Positions 45,557 through 54,890 of a stretch of DNA of 64,000 nucleotides are shown here, piece after piece. Numbering within the stretch: position 1 is the stretch's first letter; each line of letters starts with the position of its first letter. Below the pieces are notes generated by a model. The model had not been told where the DNA came from. It worked only from the letters and a program-made list of their open reading frames with translations, and searched no databases. A program made the position numbers and the translations under genes. The DNA lies in NCBI GenBank assembly GCA_965202665.1, contig OZ241841.1:64001-128000 (forward strand), read 5' to 3'. This stretch comes from Candidatus Spongiisociaceae bacterium (GTDB lineage Bacteria > Actinomycetota > Acidimicrobiia > Spongiisociales > Spongiisociaceae).

Positions 45557-46510
45557 TCACCCTCCGAAGATGAGGGTCGGTATGGGCGCGGCCAGAAACA
45601 ACAGGGTCACCGGGGCCAGAACGACCACGATGGGAAACACCATCAGCAACCGGCGGCGGGCGGCGGCGCTGCGCAGGGAGTAACGGCGGGCGGCCCGCAG
45701 TTCCTTGGCCAAATCCAACAGCGCTCCGGACAGGTCCGCCCCCCGTTGATGGCAGGCGGCGATCACCCGGTAGGTGCGGGCCGCCTCCGGTTCGGGAGTC
45801 ATGCGGGCGGCCCGTTCGAAAGCCTCCCCGAACGACCATCCCCGCCGGTGCAGGGCCAGGGCATCGGCCATTTCCTCCGCCGCTTCCCCCGCCGCCCGCT
45901 CCGCCGCATAGCGAACCGCCTCCGCCGCCCCGCCCCCCACCCGGCTCCGCATGGCCGTCAACTGGTTGATGGTGTACAACTCGGAGCGAATGCGCTCCCG
46001 CCGCCTGCGCACCGCCTCCCGCACCCGGCTGCGTGCCAGGTACGCCCCGAGGGCCGCTCCGCATCCGGCGTACGTCAAAGCCCTGATCCCGGAACCGCCG
46101 GTGAACAGGGCGAAAACCCCCAAACCGGCCGCCAACCCGGCCGACCGGTACAAAGTTTGGATGCGGTAGGCCTGCACCCGGCTTCCCTCCGCCGTCTCCG
46201 GAAACAAACCGGAGCGGCGCAGGCGCAACTCCAACTGCGCCTCCGCCCCGGAGGGAATCAGCCGTCCCAGCCACCGCGCCGCCCCGGCCGCCATCGGAGC
46301 CAGCAAGCGGCGTATCACCCCCGGACCGAACCCCGCCCCGGCATGGGCCGGGCCCAGCGGGTCGGGGGGATGGCCCAAACCGGCCCGGGCCGAGGCCAGA
46401 TAGGGGCGTACCCGGGAGGCGAGACGACGCGGGGGGCGCACCGCCAACGCCGCTCCCGCAACCGCCGCCGTCGCCGAGGAGGCCAAAGCCAGCAATCGCA
46501 GGCCGTTCAC
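45557..46510 (-). CDS. tadC: Tad pilus inner-membrane protein TadC (T2SS F family)
   Basis: TM helices, ERIRSEL, RGADLSGALLDLAKELR, C-terminal MVFPIVVVLAP. Confidence 0.85.
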   Translation of the reverse strand: MNGLRLLALASSATAAVAGAALAVRPPRRLASRVRPYLASARAGLGHPPDPLGPAHAGAGFGPGVIRRLLAPMAAGAARWLGRLIPSGAEAQLELRLRRSGLFPETAEGSRVQAYRIQTLYRSAGLAAGLGVFALFTGGSGIRALTYAGCGAALGAYLARSRVREAVRRRRERIRSELYTINQLTAMRSRVGGGAAEAVRYAAERAAGEAAEEMADALALHRRGWSFGEAFERAARMTPEPEAARTYRVIAACHQRGADLSGALLDLAKELRAARRYSLRSAAARRRLLMVFPIVVVLAPVTLLFLAAPIPTLIFGG

Positions 46511-47406
46511 GACCCGCCGCCCTCCGCCCCGGCGGGAGGGGGGCCGGTCAGAACCCGCCGTTCGGCCTGCGGGCGGGACAGGCGGCGGACGATCAGCCAA
46601 CCGGCCAGCGACCAGGCCGCCCCGCCCGCCGCCACCAGAAAGCCGGTTCCGGTCCGGTAGAAAGCCTGATACTGGCTGGACGAGGCGGAGACGAACAGCA
46701 AAATCGCCCATGGGACGAGGGCCACCACCCGGCTTTCCATACGCTGTTCGGCCCCGTCGGCCCGCACCTCGGCTTCCAGCCGCAGGTCCTCGGTTATTTC
46801 CGCCGCCAGATCCCGCAACACGGAGCCGATCAACCCCCCGCCGTGGTGATGGGCCAAAATCAGCACTTCCATCACCCGGTCGGAAATCGGATCCCCCAAC
46901 TCTTCTTTCACCACTTCCAAAGCGGCCGCCGCCCCCATCATCCGGGACAGCGTCCCGAAGCGGGCGAACCGGGCCCGCAGCGGCTCCGGCCCCTGCTCGG
47001 CCAACTCCGCCAAGCCGTTGACCAGGGTGGCCCCGGAGGAAACGGCCGCCGTCAGGTCGCGCAAAGCGTCCGGCCAGGCCTCCCGCACCTCCCGCAGCCG
47101 TTCCCGGCGGCGGCGGGAATAGTAGGCCCGGGGAAACCAGGCCGCCGCCAAGGCGGGGACCGCCGCCAGCCACCAAGCGCCGCTCACGGTCAGGGCGGCT
47201 GCGAAGACCGCCGCCCCCACCGCCAGCGACCCGGCCGCGAACTGGAAGGGGGTGAGGTCGCTGCCCGCCTGCGCCAGCCACAGCCGCCGGTCAGAGGCCG
47301 GCCGGGGCCGCATCGGGCGCAACCGCACCTTGGGCAGCCCGCCGAAGGCGGTCGCCGCCGCCAGGTAGGCGGTCAGTCCGCTCAGCAGGACGGCGGCCGC
47401 CTTCAT
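46507..47406 (-). CDS. tadB: Tad pilus inner-membrane protein TadB
   Basis: EAWPDALRDLTAAVSSG, GGGLIGSVLRDLA, C-terminal TMs. Confidence 0.87.
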   Translation of the reverse strand: MKAAAVLLSGLTAYLAAATAFGGLPKVRLRPMRPRPASDRRLWLAQAGSDLTPFQFAAGSLAVGAAVFAAALTVSGAWWLAAVPALAAAWFPRAYYSRRRRERLREVREAWPDALRDLTAAVSSGATLVNGLAELAEQGPEPLRARFARFGTLSRMMGAAAALEVVKEELGDPISDRVMEVLILAHHHGGGLIGSVLRDLAAEITEDLRLEAEVRADGAEQRMESRVVALVPWAILLFVSASSSQYQAFYRTGTGFLVAAGGAAWSLAGWLIVRRLSRPQAERRVLTGPPPAGAEGGGS

Positions 47407-48701
47407 CGGCCGGGACTCCACTCTCCGGCCATCACCCGGGCCAGTCCCACTCCGGGCGGCAACCCCCCTTCCAGCCGGGCCGCGGTTTCCGGCGGTGGCA
47501 ACTCCCCGGTCCATTCCAAGGCGGAATCCGGCTTTCCCCGGACGAACAGGGGCGCCACCGCAAACCCTTCCCCGCCCGGGGCGGCGGCCAGGCTGATGAT
47601 TTCCTGCACCCGGCGTTCGGGCGCGTCCCCCATGGGGCCGTCCGCGGTTCGACGCGCCCACCGACGCAGGTGAACCGTGAAATCGATGGAATCCCCGAAC
47701 ACCCTGGTGACTATGGATTCGGTGATGTTCTCCCCGGCCATCATCGCCGCGTTGACCAAGGCGGTGAGGGCGCGGCTGGCCGAATCGGCGTGGATGGTGC
47801 AGGCGAAGCCGCATCCGGCGTTGACCGCCCGGGTCAGTTCGAAGGCCTCCGCTCCCCGCACCTCCCCCACGCAGATCAGGTCGGGCCGTTGCGCCAGCAC
47901 CACCTTCACCAGGTCGCGCAACGCGTAGCGCCGGGTTCCGTCCAAGGCGGGCGGGCTGGCCTCGTAGTAACTGCCGTGCGCCAACGGAACATGCACTTCC
48001 CGCACCTCTTCGCACACCCGCACGCACCGGTCGGGGGGCAGGGCCCGCAGGTAGGCGCTCAGCATGGTGGTTTTCCCCGCCCCGGGCGGCCCGCTGAAGA
48101 TGAGGGTGTTGACCGACTGGGCCGCCGTCCACAGAAACGCGGCCGCCGCCCCGGACAGGGCCCCCTTCCCGGCCAGAAAACCCAGGTCGTAGTCTTTGAC
48201 CACGTATTTGCGGATGGTGACCGACAGCCGGTCCGCCACCGGGGGAATGACGGCCGTCAGGCGGGCGGAGCCGTCCAGCACCCGGGCCTGTTCGATGGGG
48301 TTGGAAGTGTCCAAGCGGCGGTTGGTTCCGGCCAGGATGCGGGACACTATCTGCAGGTTCTCCTCCTCGGAGGTGGGGGCGTTCAGCGGTTGCAGGCGCC
48401 CCGCCCCATCCAGGTAGGACACCCTCTCCCCTTCTATGAAAATTTCTTCGATGTCGGTGCGTTCCAACAGGGGGGTGAGCGGGCCGTATCCGGCCAGGGA
48501 GTCGAGCAGCCGGCCGGCCAACCCCCGCGGATCCCGCAGCGGGCGGTTTCCGTCCCCGGCGAAGGCCCGCCGCTGATAGTCGTCCACCAGCCGCTCCACC
48601 TCGGCCCGCACCCGGGCCGGGTCGGCGGCCGGGTCCATCCCCATTTCCCCGATCCGCTCCGCCGCCCGTCGCCGCAACAGGTCATAGGCCCCCAGGTTCA
48701 T
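47403..48701 (-). CDS. tadA: Tad pilus assembly ATPase TadA/CpaF
   Basis: GYGPLTPLL, ARVLDGSARL, SGPPGAGKTT, RPDLICVGEVRGAEA, TIHA. Confidence 0.93.
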   Translation of the reverse strand: MNLGAYDLLRRRAAERIGEMGMDPAADPARVRAEVERLVDDYQRRAFAGDGNRPLRDPRGLAGRLLDSLAGYGPLTPLLERTDIEEIFIEGERVSYLDGAGRLQPLNAPTSEEENLQIVSRILAGTNRRLDTSNPIEQARVLDGSARLTAVIPPVADRLSVTIRKYVVKDYDLGFLAGKGALSGAAAAFLWTAAQSVNTLIFSGPPGAGKTTMLSAYLRALPPDRCVRVCEEVREVHVPLAHGSYYEASPPALDGTRRYALRDLVKVVLAQRPDLICVGEVRGAEAFELTRAVNAGCGFACTIHADSASRALTALVNAAMMAGENITESIVTRVFGDSIDFTVHLRRWARRTADGPMGDAPERRVQEIISLAAAPGGEGFAVAPLFVRGKPDSALEWTGELPPPETAARLEGGLPPGVGLARVMAGEWSPGR

Positions 48702-49840
48702 AGGCCGGCCTCGATCATCTTCTGCCCCAGGCGGTGCACCGTTTTGCGAAAGGGCCCCCGGGGCACCGGCGTCCCGTTCCAAGCGGACCGGGCCCGGGCC
48801 GGGTCGGCGGGGAGCCAGGTGATGGAGGCGGGCCGGAAAGTCCGAGTCAGCTCATCGCTCAGCTGGGTCCGTTCAAAGGCCCCCGCCGGGGCGTTCTCAA
48901 ACAGGACGTGCAATCGGCCGGAGGTGAGCCGTTGCGCCTGGGAAATCCAGGATATGGCCCGTGACAGACCCACAGGAGTGGGTTCCGCCAGCAGGGCCAC
49001 CTCCCCCGCCAAGCGCAGGAGGGATCGGCTCACCTCGAACCGGCCGTCTCGAGAACCCAACCGGGAAAGGTCCTCGATGTAGGGGGAGATCTTGACCACC
49101 ACCCGGCCGAACCGTTGAGCGGCGGCGGTCACCAAATCCGCGATGTCCTCGGAGCGGATGGTTTCCCACTCCGACGCCTCCGGGATTCCCGTCATCAGGG
49201 TCACCCCGTCCGGGCCGGACAGCATGGAATCGTCGATGCTTCCCCGCAGTTGCACAAGTGAATCAAGGGCGGTCAACAGGTTGGGAACGATGGGCATGGA
49301 CAGCCGTTGCGCCAGGCAGGGGGACACCGTGTCGGCGTCCAACACCAGCACCTTCCAAACGGAGGCGAACGTCCCGCCCAAGGCCAGCGCCACATCCCCC
49401 GCCAGGTCCCCGCCCGCCACCGCCGTCACGCCGGGCGGGGAGGGGGTCATGATCTCCGGCGGGGCCGGGGCGGACTCGGTCCTGCGGGGCGAGACCAGCA
49501 ACGCCAGTTCCAACAGCGCGTTGGGACCGGCGTCGGCCTTCGCCACCGCGTCCACTTCGGCCACCGTTAGCCGCTCCCGCGCCGTTTCGCCGTGTTCCCC
49601 GTCGTATACGCCCACCACCCGCCGGCCCTGCTGGTGAATCTTTTCCACCAGCCGCGGGCTGAAGTAGCTGGTGATGTCGTCGATTATCAACACGTCGTAG
49701 TCCTGTTGGAGGGCGTCCTCCCCGGTGAGGGCCGTCCCTCCCAGGCGGGCGCCCCCGTAGTCGATGAGATGCCGGATCAGCTCCGCCGACCAGCCCCGCT
49801 GGGAGACGGTCACCGCAATCACGGTCTCGCCGTCCGTCAT
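48698..49840 (-). CDS. TadZ/CpaE-like localisation protein (receiver-like domain + degenerate MinD ATPase)
   Basis: N-terminal receiver-like DVLIIDD, VLVLDAD, EPTPVGLSR; position between cpaB-like gene and tadA. Confidence 0.7.
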   Translation of the reverse strand: MTDGETVIAVTVSQRGWSAELIRHLIDYGGARLGGTALTGEDALQQDYDVLIIDDITSYFSPRLVEKIHQQGRRVVGVYDGEHGETARERLTVAEVDAVAKADAGPNALLELALLVSPRRTESAPAPPEIMTPSPPGVTAVAGGDLAGDVALALGGTFASVWKVLVLDADTVSPCLAQRLSMPIVPNLLTALDSLVQLRGSIDDSMLSGPDGVTLMTGIPEASEWETIRSEDIADLVTAAAQRFGRVVVKISPYIEDLSRLGSRDGRFEVSRSLLRLAGEVALLAEPTPVGLSRAISWISQAQRLTSGRLHVLFENAPAGAFERTQLSDELTRTFRPASITWLPADPARARSAWNGTPVPRGPFRKTVHRLGQKMIEAGL

Positions 49841-50604
49841 CTCCCCTCCTCCCCGTCGGAACCCTCCGCCTCCCATCCGGGATCGCCCGGCGCCGGGGGA
49901 GGGCGGAAGGTGAGTTCCTCCACCGGCGGGGCCCCGGTGGAGCGGACCAGAAAAACCTCGCCCGCCGCCAAAGCCGTAGCCACCGACAAGGCGTCGGTCC
50001 CGTCCACCGCCACGATCACGTTCAATTCGCCGCTTCCCAACCCTCCGCCCTCCTCCGCGATGGACAGCACTTCCACCCCCAACGCCGCGAACCGCCCCCC
50101 GCCCCGCTCCGCCGCCACCACATCCACCCGGTCGCCTGGCCGCAGGTCGGCCGCCACCGCCCGCCCGGGCGGAACGGGTATGCTCATCGCCCTTCCCGGG
50201 GCGGGGACTTGGGGGCGGAAGTCATCGGGAAACAGGGGAGCGCCGGCCTCCACATCGCGAATGAGGGCCGTATCCACCAGCCCGGCGGCCGCCTCGGGGG
50301 TGAGCGCCCGCCGGGACAAAGGACCGCCGGCTGCGATGCGGACTTGGTCCAAGTCCCGTTCCGCCAGCCGGGCCCCGGCCGGGAGGGAGCGGGCGGCCAC
50401 CGCCGCCGGAACGGTCTCGTCTTGGCCGCGCAGTATCAGCAAATTGAGCAACAAGGCGGACAACCCGGCCGCGATCATCACCATATGGCCGGCCGACAGC
50501 CGGGCGAAGAGCCGTCGTTGGGGAAAGGAGCCGGACCGACCTTCGCCGGTCCGCTCGGGGCCGCCGCCCTGGTTCATCGTTTTATCGCGCATCGCCCGCA
50601 ACAT
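49837..50604 (-). CDS. cpaB: Flp pilus assembly protein CpaB/RcpC (SAF domain)
   Basis: TM, VAARSLPAGARL (SAF), RAMSIPV, LRPGDRVDVV. Confidence 0.85.
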   Translation of the reverse strand: MLRAMRDKTMNQGGGPERTGEGRSGSFPQRRLFARLSAGHMVMIAAGLSALLLNLLILRGQDETVPAAVAARSLPAGARLAERDLDQVRIAAGGPLSRRALTPEAAAGLVDTALIRDVEAGAPLFPDDFRPQVPAPGRAMSIPVPPGRAVAADLRPGDRVDVVAAERGGGRFAALGVEVLSIAEEGGGLGSGELNVIVAVDGTDALSVATALAAGEVFLVRSTGAPPVEELTFRPPPAPGDPGWEAEGSDGEEGR

Positions 50605-51005
50605 AAACCCCTCCCTCCCCGCCGGGTTCAGTAGTTGGGCTGGGATAGTTATGTTGCTTTTGGTTTGTTTGGTTGGAAATAATCTCCGGTTTGCTCAAAC
50701 AACGGGATGCCAAATTGGAAATATTTGGGAGAAAAACTGGAAAAAATATCCAATATTGTTCGACCAAGTATCCTTTTGCCCCAAATCTCCGGTCGTAACA
50801 AGGAAACCGAGGCAATTATTGAGGAAATGTTTCGCGTTCTCCCCGACTTTTATTTTTGCCAAAATTTCCCAAGCGGGGGCTCTCCTAACCGTCGTAAAAA
50901 ACGGCTTAGTAAAATCATCGGAAAAACGCGGCTACGGCAAAAAACCTCCTCGGATTTAGGCCCACTCCCCCCATCCGAAGAGTCGCTCAGGCAGGGCGAT
51001 GCGTA

Positions 51006-51935
51006 TCAGCCGCCGCCGGAGCCGCCTTGTCTCGCAAAGCTTCGGGAGACGGTCAGATGGGCGTGGAGGACCGCCCACCAGACGCTGACCGCGCCCAGCA
51101 CGTGCAACCCCACCAGAACCTCCGGCACGTCGGTGAAATATTGGACGTAGCCGATGAAGCCCTGCCCGGCTATAACCCCCAGCAGCACGTAAACGGGGCG
51201 CCGGGTTTCCCGGGAGACCCCGGCGCGGGCGAGCATCCACAGGACGGCCAGCGTCATCAGGCAAAAAGCGATGACGCTCAAAGAATGAATGCGGGCCACG
51301 TTGGAAATATCGAAGCCGAGCCGCCGGGCGTGTTCGTCCCCGCCGTGCGGCCCGGAACCGGTAACCAGGGTTCCGTTCACCAAAACCCATCCCGCCGCAA
51401 CGCTGGTCGCCCACAGCATGGCCCGCACCCCCCGCCCCCCGCCGGACGGGATCGTCTCTCGCGGCCCATCGTCCGCATAGCCGGGGCCGGCCCGATGATG
51501 GAGCACCACCGCGTTCCACAACAGGACCATGGACAGCAGAAAATGGGCGATCACCGCCACCGGGGCCAAATCGGAGGTAACCACCCAGCGCCCCAGCACT
51601 ACCTGCGCTGCCACCCCCGCCACCAAGCCCAGCGACCACCATGCCAAGTCCGGACGGCGGGGCCGGCGCCGCCATGAACCCAGCACCGCCAAAACCACCG
51701 CTATCGACACCAGTCCGGTCACCAGCCGATTGCCGAACTCGATTACCGCGTGGTATTCCCAGGGCGGGACGATGCGCTGGTCGGCGCAGGTCGGCCAATC
51801 GGGGCATCCCAATCCCGACCCGGTGAGCCGCACCGCCGCCCCGCTGAGCACGATGGCCCCCAACGCGACGATCGTCCAGAAAGTGATGCGACGGTAGGCC
51901 GCCGCCGAAATTTGAAATTTCACTGGCGGAAACAT
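51006..51935 (-). CDS. ctaA: Heme A synthase (COX15/CtaA)
   Basis: GAAVRLTGSGLGCPDWPTC, IEFGNRL, TGSGPHGGD, LHVLG. Confidence 0.93.
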   Translation of the reverse strand: MFPPVKFQISAAAYRRITFWTIVALGAIVLSGAAVRLTGSGLGCPDWPTCADQRIVPPWEYHAVIEFGNRLVTGLVSIAVVLAVLGSWRRRPRRPDLAWWSLGLVAGVAAQVVLGRWVVTSDLAPVAVIAHFLLSMVLLWNAVVLHHRAGPGYADDGPRETIPSGGGRGVRAMLWATSVAAGWVLVNGTLVTGSGPHGGDEHARRLGFDISNVARIHSLSVIAFCLMTLAVLWMLARAGVSRETRRPVYVLLGVIAGQGFIGYVQYFTDVPEVLVGLHVLGAVSVWWAVLHAHLTVSRSFARQGGSGGG

Positions 51936-51942
51936 AATAACA

Positions 51943-52872
51943 TTGGCCTCCGTGACCTCCGCCCTAGCCAACCCAACGCCCGCCCCGACGCGCTCCTCCG
52001 CCGCCCGCCGCGCCGCGGCGTGGGCCGCTCTCACCAAACCGCGCATCGTCGGGTTGCTGGTCGTCACCACCGTTCCGTCGATGATTTTGGCCTACGGCGG
52101 ACTCCCTCCCCTGGGGCTGACGGCGGCCGCCGTCGCCGGAGGGGCGCTGTCGGCGATGGGCGCCAACGCCGCCAACATGGTGCTGGACCGCGACATCGAT
52201 CGGATAATGCTCCGCACCCGGGGACGCCCCCTGCCGGCGGGCCGGATCACCCCCCGGGCCGCCGCCCTGCTGGCGGGCGGGTTGCAAATCGCGGCCGCCG
52301 CCGTTCTGATCCTATGGGTGAATGCGCTGAGCGCGGCCCTTACTTTGGCTGCCGCCGCCTTCTACATTTTGGTTTACACCCTGTGGTTGAAGCGCCGCTC
52401 CCCTTCCAACATCGTCATCGGAGGAGCAGCCGGGGCGGTTCCCCCGTTGGTGGGATGGGCGGCGGTGACGGGCGGCTTGGGCTGGGAGCCCGTTTTGCTG
52501 TTCGCCATCGTGTTCTTCTGGACCCCGCCGCATTTTTGGGCGTTGGCGGTGCGTTACCGGGAGGATTACCGGGCGGCCGGGGTTCCCATGTTGCCCGCGG
52601 TGGCCGCTTTGCCTTTGGTGGCTAATCGGATTCTGGCCTATTCCCTCATCGTGGTGGCGCTCAGCCTGGAGTTTGCGCCGGCGGCGGGGATGGGATTGCC
52701 CTATGCGACGGCGGCGGTCGGGCTGGGGGCGGTTTTCCTGGCCCGCGCCCTCGCCTTGCGCCGCGCGCCGGACGCCGCCCGGGCCCGCCGCCTGTTCTCT
52801 TTTTCCATACTTTATTTGGCGGGGTTGTTCGGGGCGGTGGCGGCGGATGCGCTGTGGGCGTCGGTTCGGTAG
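51943..52872 (+). CDS. ctaB: Protoheme IX farnesyltransferase (heme O synthase)
   Basis: LTKPRI, NMVLDRDIDRIM.RTRGRPLP, NIVIGGAAGA, FFWTPPHFWAL. Confidence 0.96.
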   Translation: MASVTSALANPTPAPTRSSAARRAAAWAALTKPRIVGLLVVTTVPSMILAYGGLPPLGLTAAAVAGGALSAMGANAANMVLDRDIDRIMLRTRGRPLPAGRITPRAAALLAGGLQIAAAAVLILWVNALSAALTLAAAAFYILVYTLWLKRRSPSNIVIGGAAGAVPPLVGWAAVTGGLGWEPVLLFAIVFFWTPPHFWALAVRYREDYRAAGVPMLPAVAALPLVANRILAYSLIVVALSLEFAPAAGMGLPYATAAVGLGAVFLARALALRRAPDAARARRLFSFSILYLAGLFGAVAADALWASVR

Positions 52873-52897
52873 CCGCCGTCCAGCGCGACCTTGCTGT

Positions 52898-53458
52898 TTA
52901 TCGGAGGGCGCCGTCCGCCGGGCGGGGGCGGATAACGCAGGCGACGGACCGGAGGGGAATCAAGATTTGGCCGCGGGGGGATTCCAGCGCCAGATGGTCG
53001 CGCGCCGCCGTCTCCAGCCTGCCCTGAAAGCGGTTGGCGCTGTCCCGTCCGACCACCTCCACGTTCTCCCCGTAAATCTGCATTTCCGCCAAGCGGGCCG
53101 CGAAAGATTCGGCCTCCATGGGAAGGGAACGGGCCGGGGAGGCGGCGGGGCGGATGATAAGGGCGTCCACGTTGGGAAGGCACACTTCCAGTCCGCCCCG
53201 GACGGTCTGCAAACTCAGCAGATCGCGGCGGGCGTACAACGCCGTCCCCTCCGCCTCGAAGTCCCCCGCCCGCACCTCCACCAGACAGCCGTACTGCGCC
53301 GCCTCCCACGCCGCGTCCGCTAAGCGCCGTCGGCGGGCGGCCAGGACCGCCGCCTGCTGTTCGGCCTTCTCCGACTCGCGGCGCGCCCGGGAGTCCATCC
53401 AGCGGCGCAAATCCGGATCTAAAACATCGTCGTTTTGACGTCGTTCGGAAACTGGCAT
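52898..53458 (-). CDS. Hypothetical protein with two repeated small beta domains
   Basis: 186-aa ORF with ATG start and host codon style; internal repeat VEV..G..RD.L.L..RG..IRP. Confidence 0.75.
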   Translation of the reverse strand: MPVSERRQNDDVLDPDLRRWMDSRARRESEKAEQQAAVLAARRRRLADAAWEAAQYGCLVEVRAGDFEAEGTALYARRDLLSLQTVRGGLEVCLPNVDALIIRPAASPARSLPMEAESFAARLAEMQIYGENVEVVGRDSANRFQGRLETAARDHLALESPRGQILIPLRSVACVIRPRPADGALR

Positions 53459-53540
53459 GGGACGATTGTAAAACGGACTGAAAATAATGCGGTCGCCCGG
53501 GCGAGGGCCGCCCGGAGCGCGGGCTCGGCGACGGGCCGGG

Positions 53541-53615
53541 TGGTGGGCGCTACTGGGATCGAACCAGTGACCTCTGCCGTGTGAAGGCAGCGCTCTCCCG
53601 CTGAGCTAAGCGCCC
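53541..53615 (-). tRNA. tRNA-Val(CAC)
   Basis: GGGCGCTTAGCTCAGCGG...CTGCC-TTCACAC-GGCAG...GGTTCGATCC...GCGCCCACCA. Confidence 0.97.
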
Positions 53616-53770
53616 TCGCTCCGCCCTAAACAATAGCGGACCCGTTGCCGGAGCGGGAACCGTCGCCCAAAATTCTCGCTCTAAACATCATACACCGCCG
53701 TCTGAGCGCGCGGTGGAAACCGACGACCTTTCCGCGCCGCTCCTAAACCCCGACGCCTACAATCGGAAAC

Positions 53771-54484
53771 ATGAACATCTACGGACGTCCTATCCGCCGC
53801 CTCTTCCAACGGGCGGTCGAACGGGCTATATCCGAGTTGCCGCCGGAAGTCGCCCGGCGACTTGAGAACATGGCGGTGGTGATTGAAGACAAACCGGACC
53901 CCGAAGACGACCCATGCGGACAATGCCTACTCTGGTTGCATCACGGCCCCCCAAAGAAGAAACGCGGTTTTGACCGCACCGGGGACCGCATCTCCATATA
54001 CATCAGCAGCCACCTCGCCCTGCAACTCGACGACCCGGAACTAAAAGACCAAATCCGGCACACCGTCCTCCGCGAAATAGGGGATCATCTAGGCGCAGGC
54101 GAGGAACGCCGGCCGAAAAGATACGGACGTTCCATCCGTCGCCTCTTCCAGCAAACGGTGGACCGGGCGATGTCCGAAATACCGCCGGACATCGCCCGCA
54201 AAATAGACAACCTGCTGGTGTTAGTGGAGGACCGGCCCGAACCCGAAGACGACCCGTGCGGACAATGCCTGTTTGGGTTGTTTCAAGGAATCCCCAAGAC
54301 GGAACGGGGGCTTGACTACGCGGGGGCCATGCCCGACCGCATCTCAATCTATATCAGCAGCCACCTCGCCCTGCAACTGGACGACGCGGAACTAAAAGAC
54401 GAAATCCGGCGCACCGTCCTCCACGAAGTCGGCCATCATCTAGGGTTCGACGACCACCGACTAGAAGAACTGGGGTGGGGTTGA
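53771..54484 (+). CDS. Zincin-like metallopeptidase family protein with tandem duplicated domain
   Basis: Two copies of ELPPE..LEN..VIED.P...DRISIY...TVL; only the second has HEVGHH. Confidence 0.85.
   Translation: MNIYGRPIRRLFQRAVERAISELPPEVARRLENMAVVIEDKPDPEDDPCGQCLLWLHHGPPKKKRGFDRTGDRISIYISSHLALQLDDPELKDQIRHTVLREIGDHLGAGEERRPKRYGRSIRRLFQQTVDRAMSEIPPDIARKIDNLLVLVEDRPEPEDDPCGQCLFGLFQGIPKTERGLDYAGAMPDRISIYISSHLALQLDDAELKDEIRRTVLHEVGHHLGFDDHRLEELGWG
53780..54445 (+). repeat. Intragenic direct duplication, period 342 bp
   Basis: tacggacg.. starts at 53780 and 54122; shared blocks such as atcagcagccacctcgccctgcaact and ggaactaaaagac. Confidence 0.9.
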
Positions 54485-54494
54485 AAGGCTTTGT

Positions 54495-54890
54495 TCAGTT
54501 GCGACTAGTGCGGGATATGCCAGCCCGGCCGAGCACATCCGGGGCGACTCCGGCCGCTCTCCACGCGCTGTAACCAATTCCCTTGCGCTCGGAGTAAGCG
54601 GACGCCACGGCCACGAAGTTGGACTCCAACTGTTCCATGTCGACCGTCTCGGCGGCCGTATTCAGCCGGTCCAGAAGGTCGAACTTCTTCTGGGTGAGAT
54701 CCAACTTCTTGAGGGAGTTGGTCTCAGTCTCCAAGGCCGCCTCGGTGCGCTCCAAGCGCTGGCGCAGGCTGGCCTCATTGCCAGGGCTCCGGGGTGAGCT
54801 GGAGGTGAGGGCGTCCAAATAAGCCTTCACGGCCCGGGACTCTTTCCTGCCCTGCACAATGGCGTCACGGTGCTGTTCGCTGATCGGCAT
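54495..54890 (-). CDS. Hypothetical coiled-coil protein
   Basis: AAAGGAAG RBS, ATG; helical 131-aa protein ending AYSERKGIGYSAWRAAGV. Confidence 0.8.
   Translation of the reverse strand: MPISEQHRDAIVQGRKESRAVKAYLDALTSSSPRSPGNEASLRQRLERTEAALETETNSLKKLDLTQKKFDLLDRLNTAAETVDMEQLESNFVAVASAYSERKGIGYSAWRAAGVAPDVLGRAGISRTSRN

Noticed and set aside
50749-50764. Possible SOS box upstream of the Tad operon (CCAATATTGTTCGA)
   Set aside because: Only one half-site matches
50620-50960. c-di-GMP or other riboswitch ahead of the Tad operon; ORFs 50582..50815 and 50707..51150
   Set aside because: No recognisable aptamer consensus by eye; the ORFs lack motifs and overlap neighbouring genes
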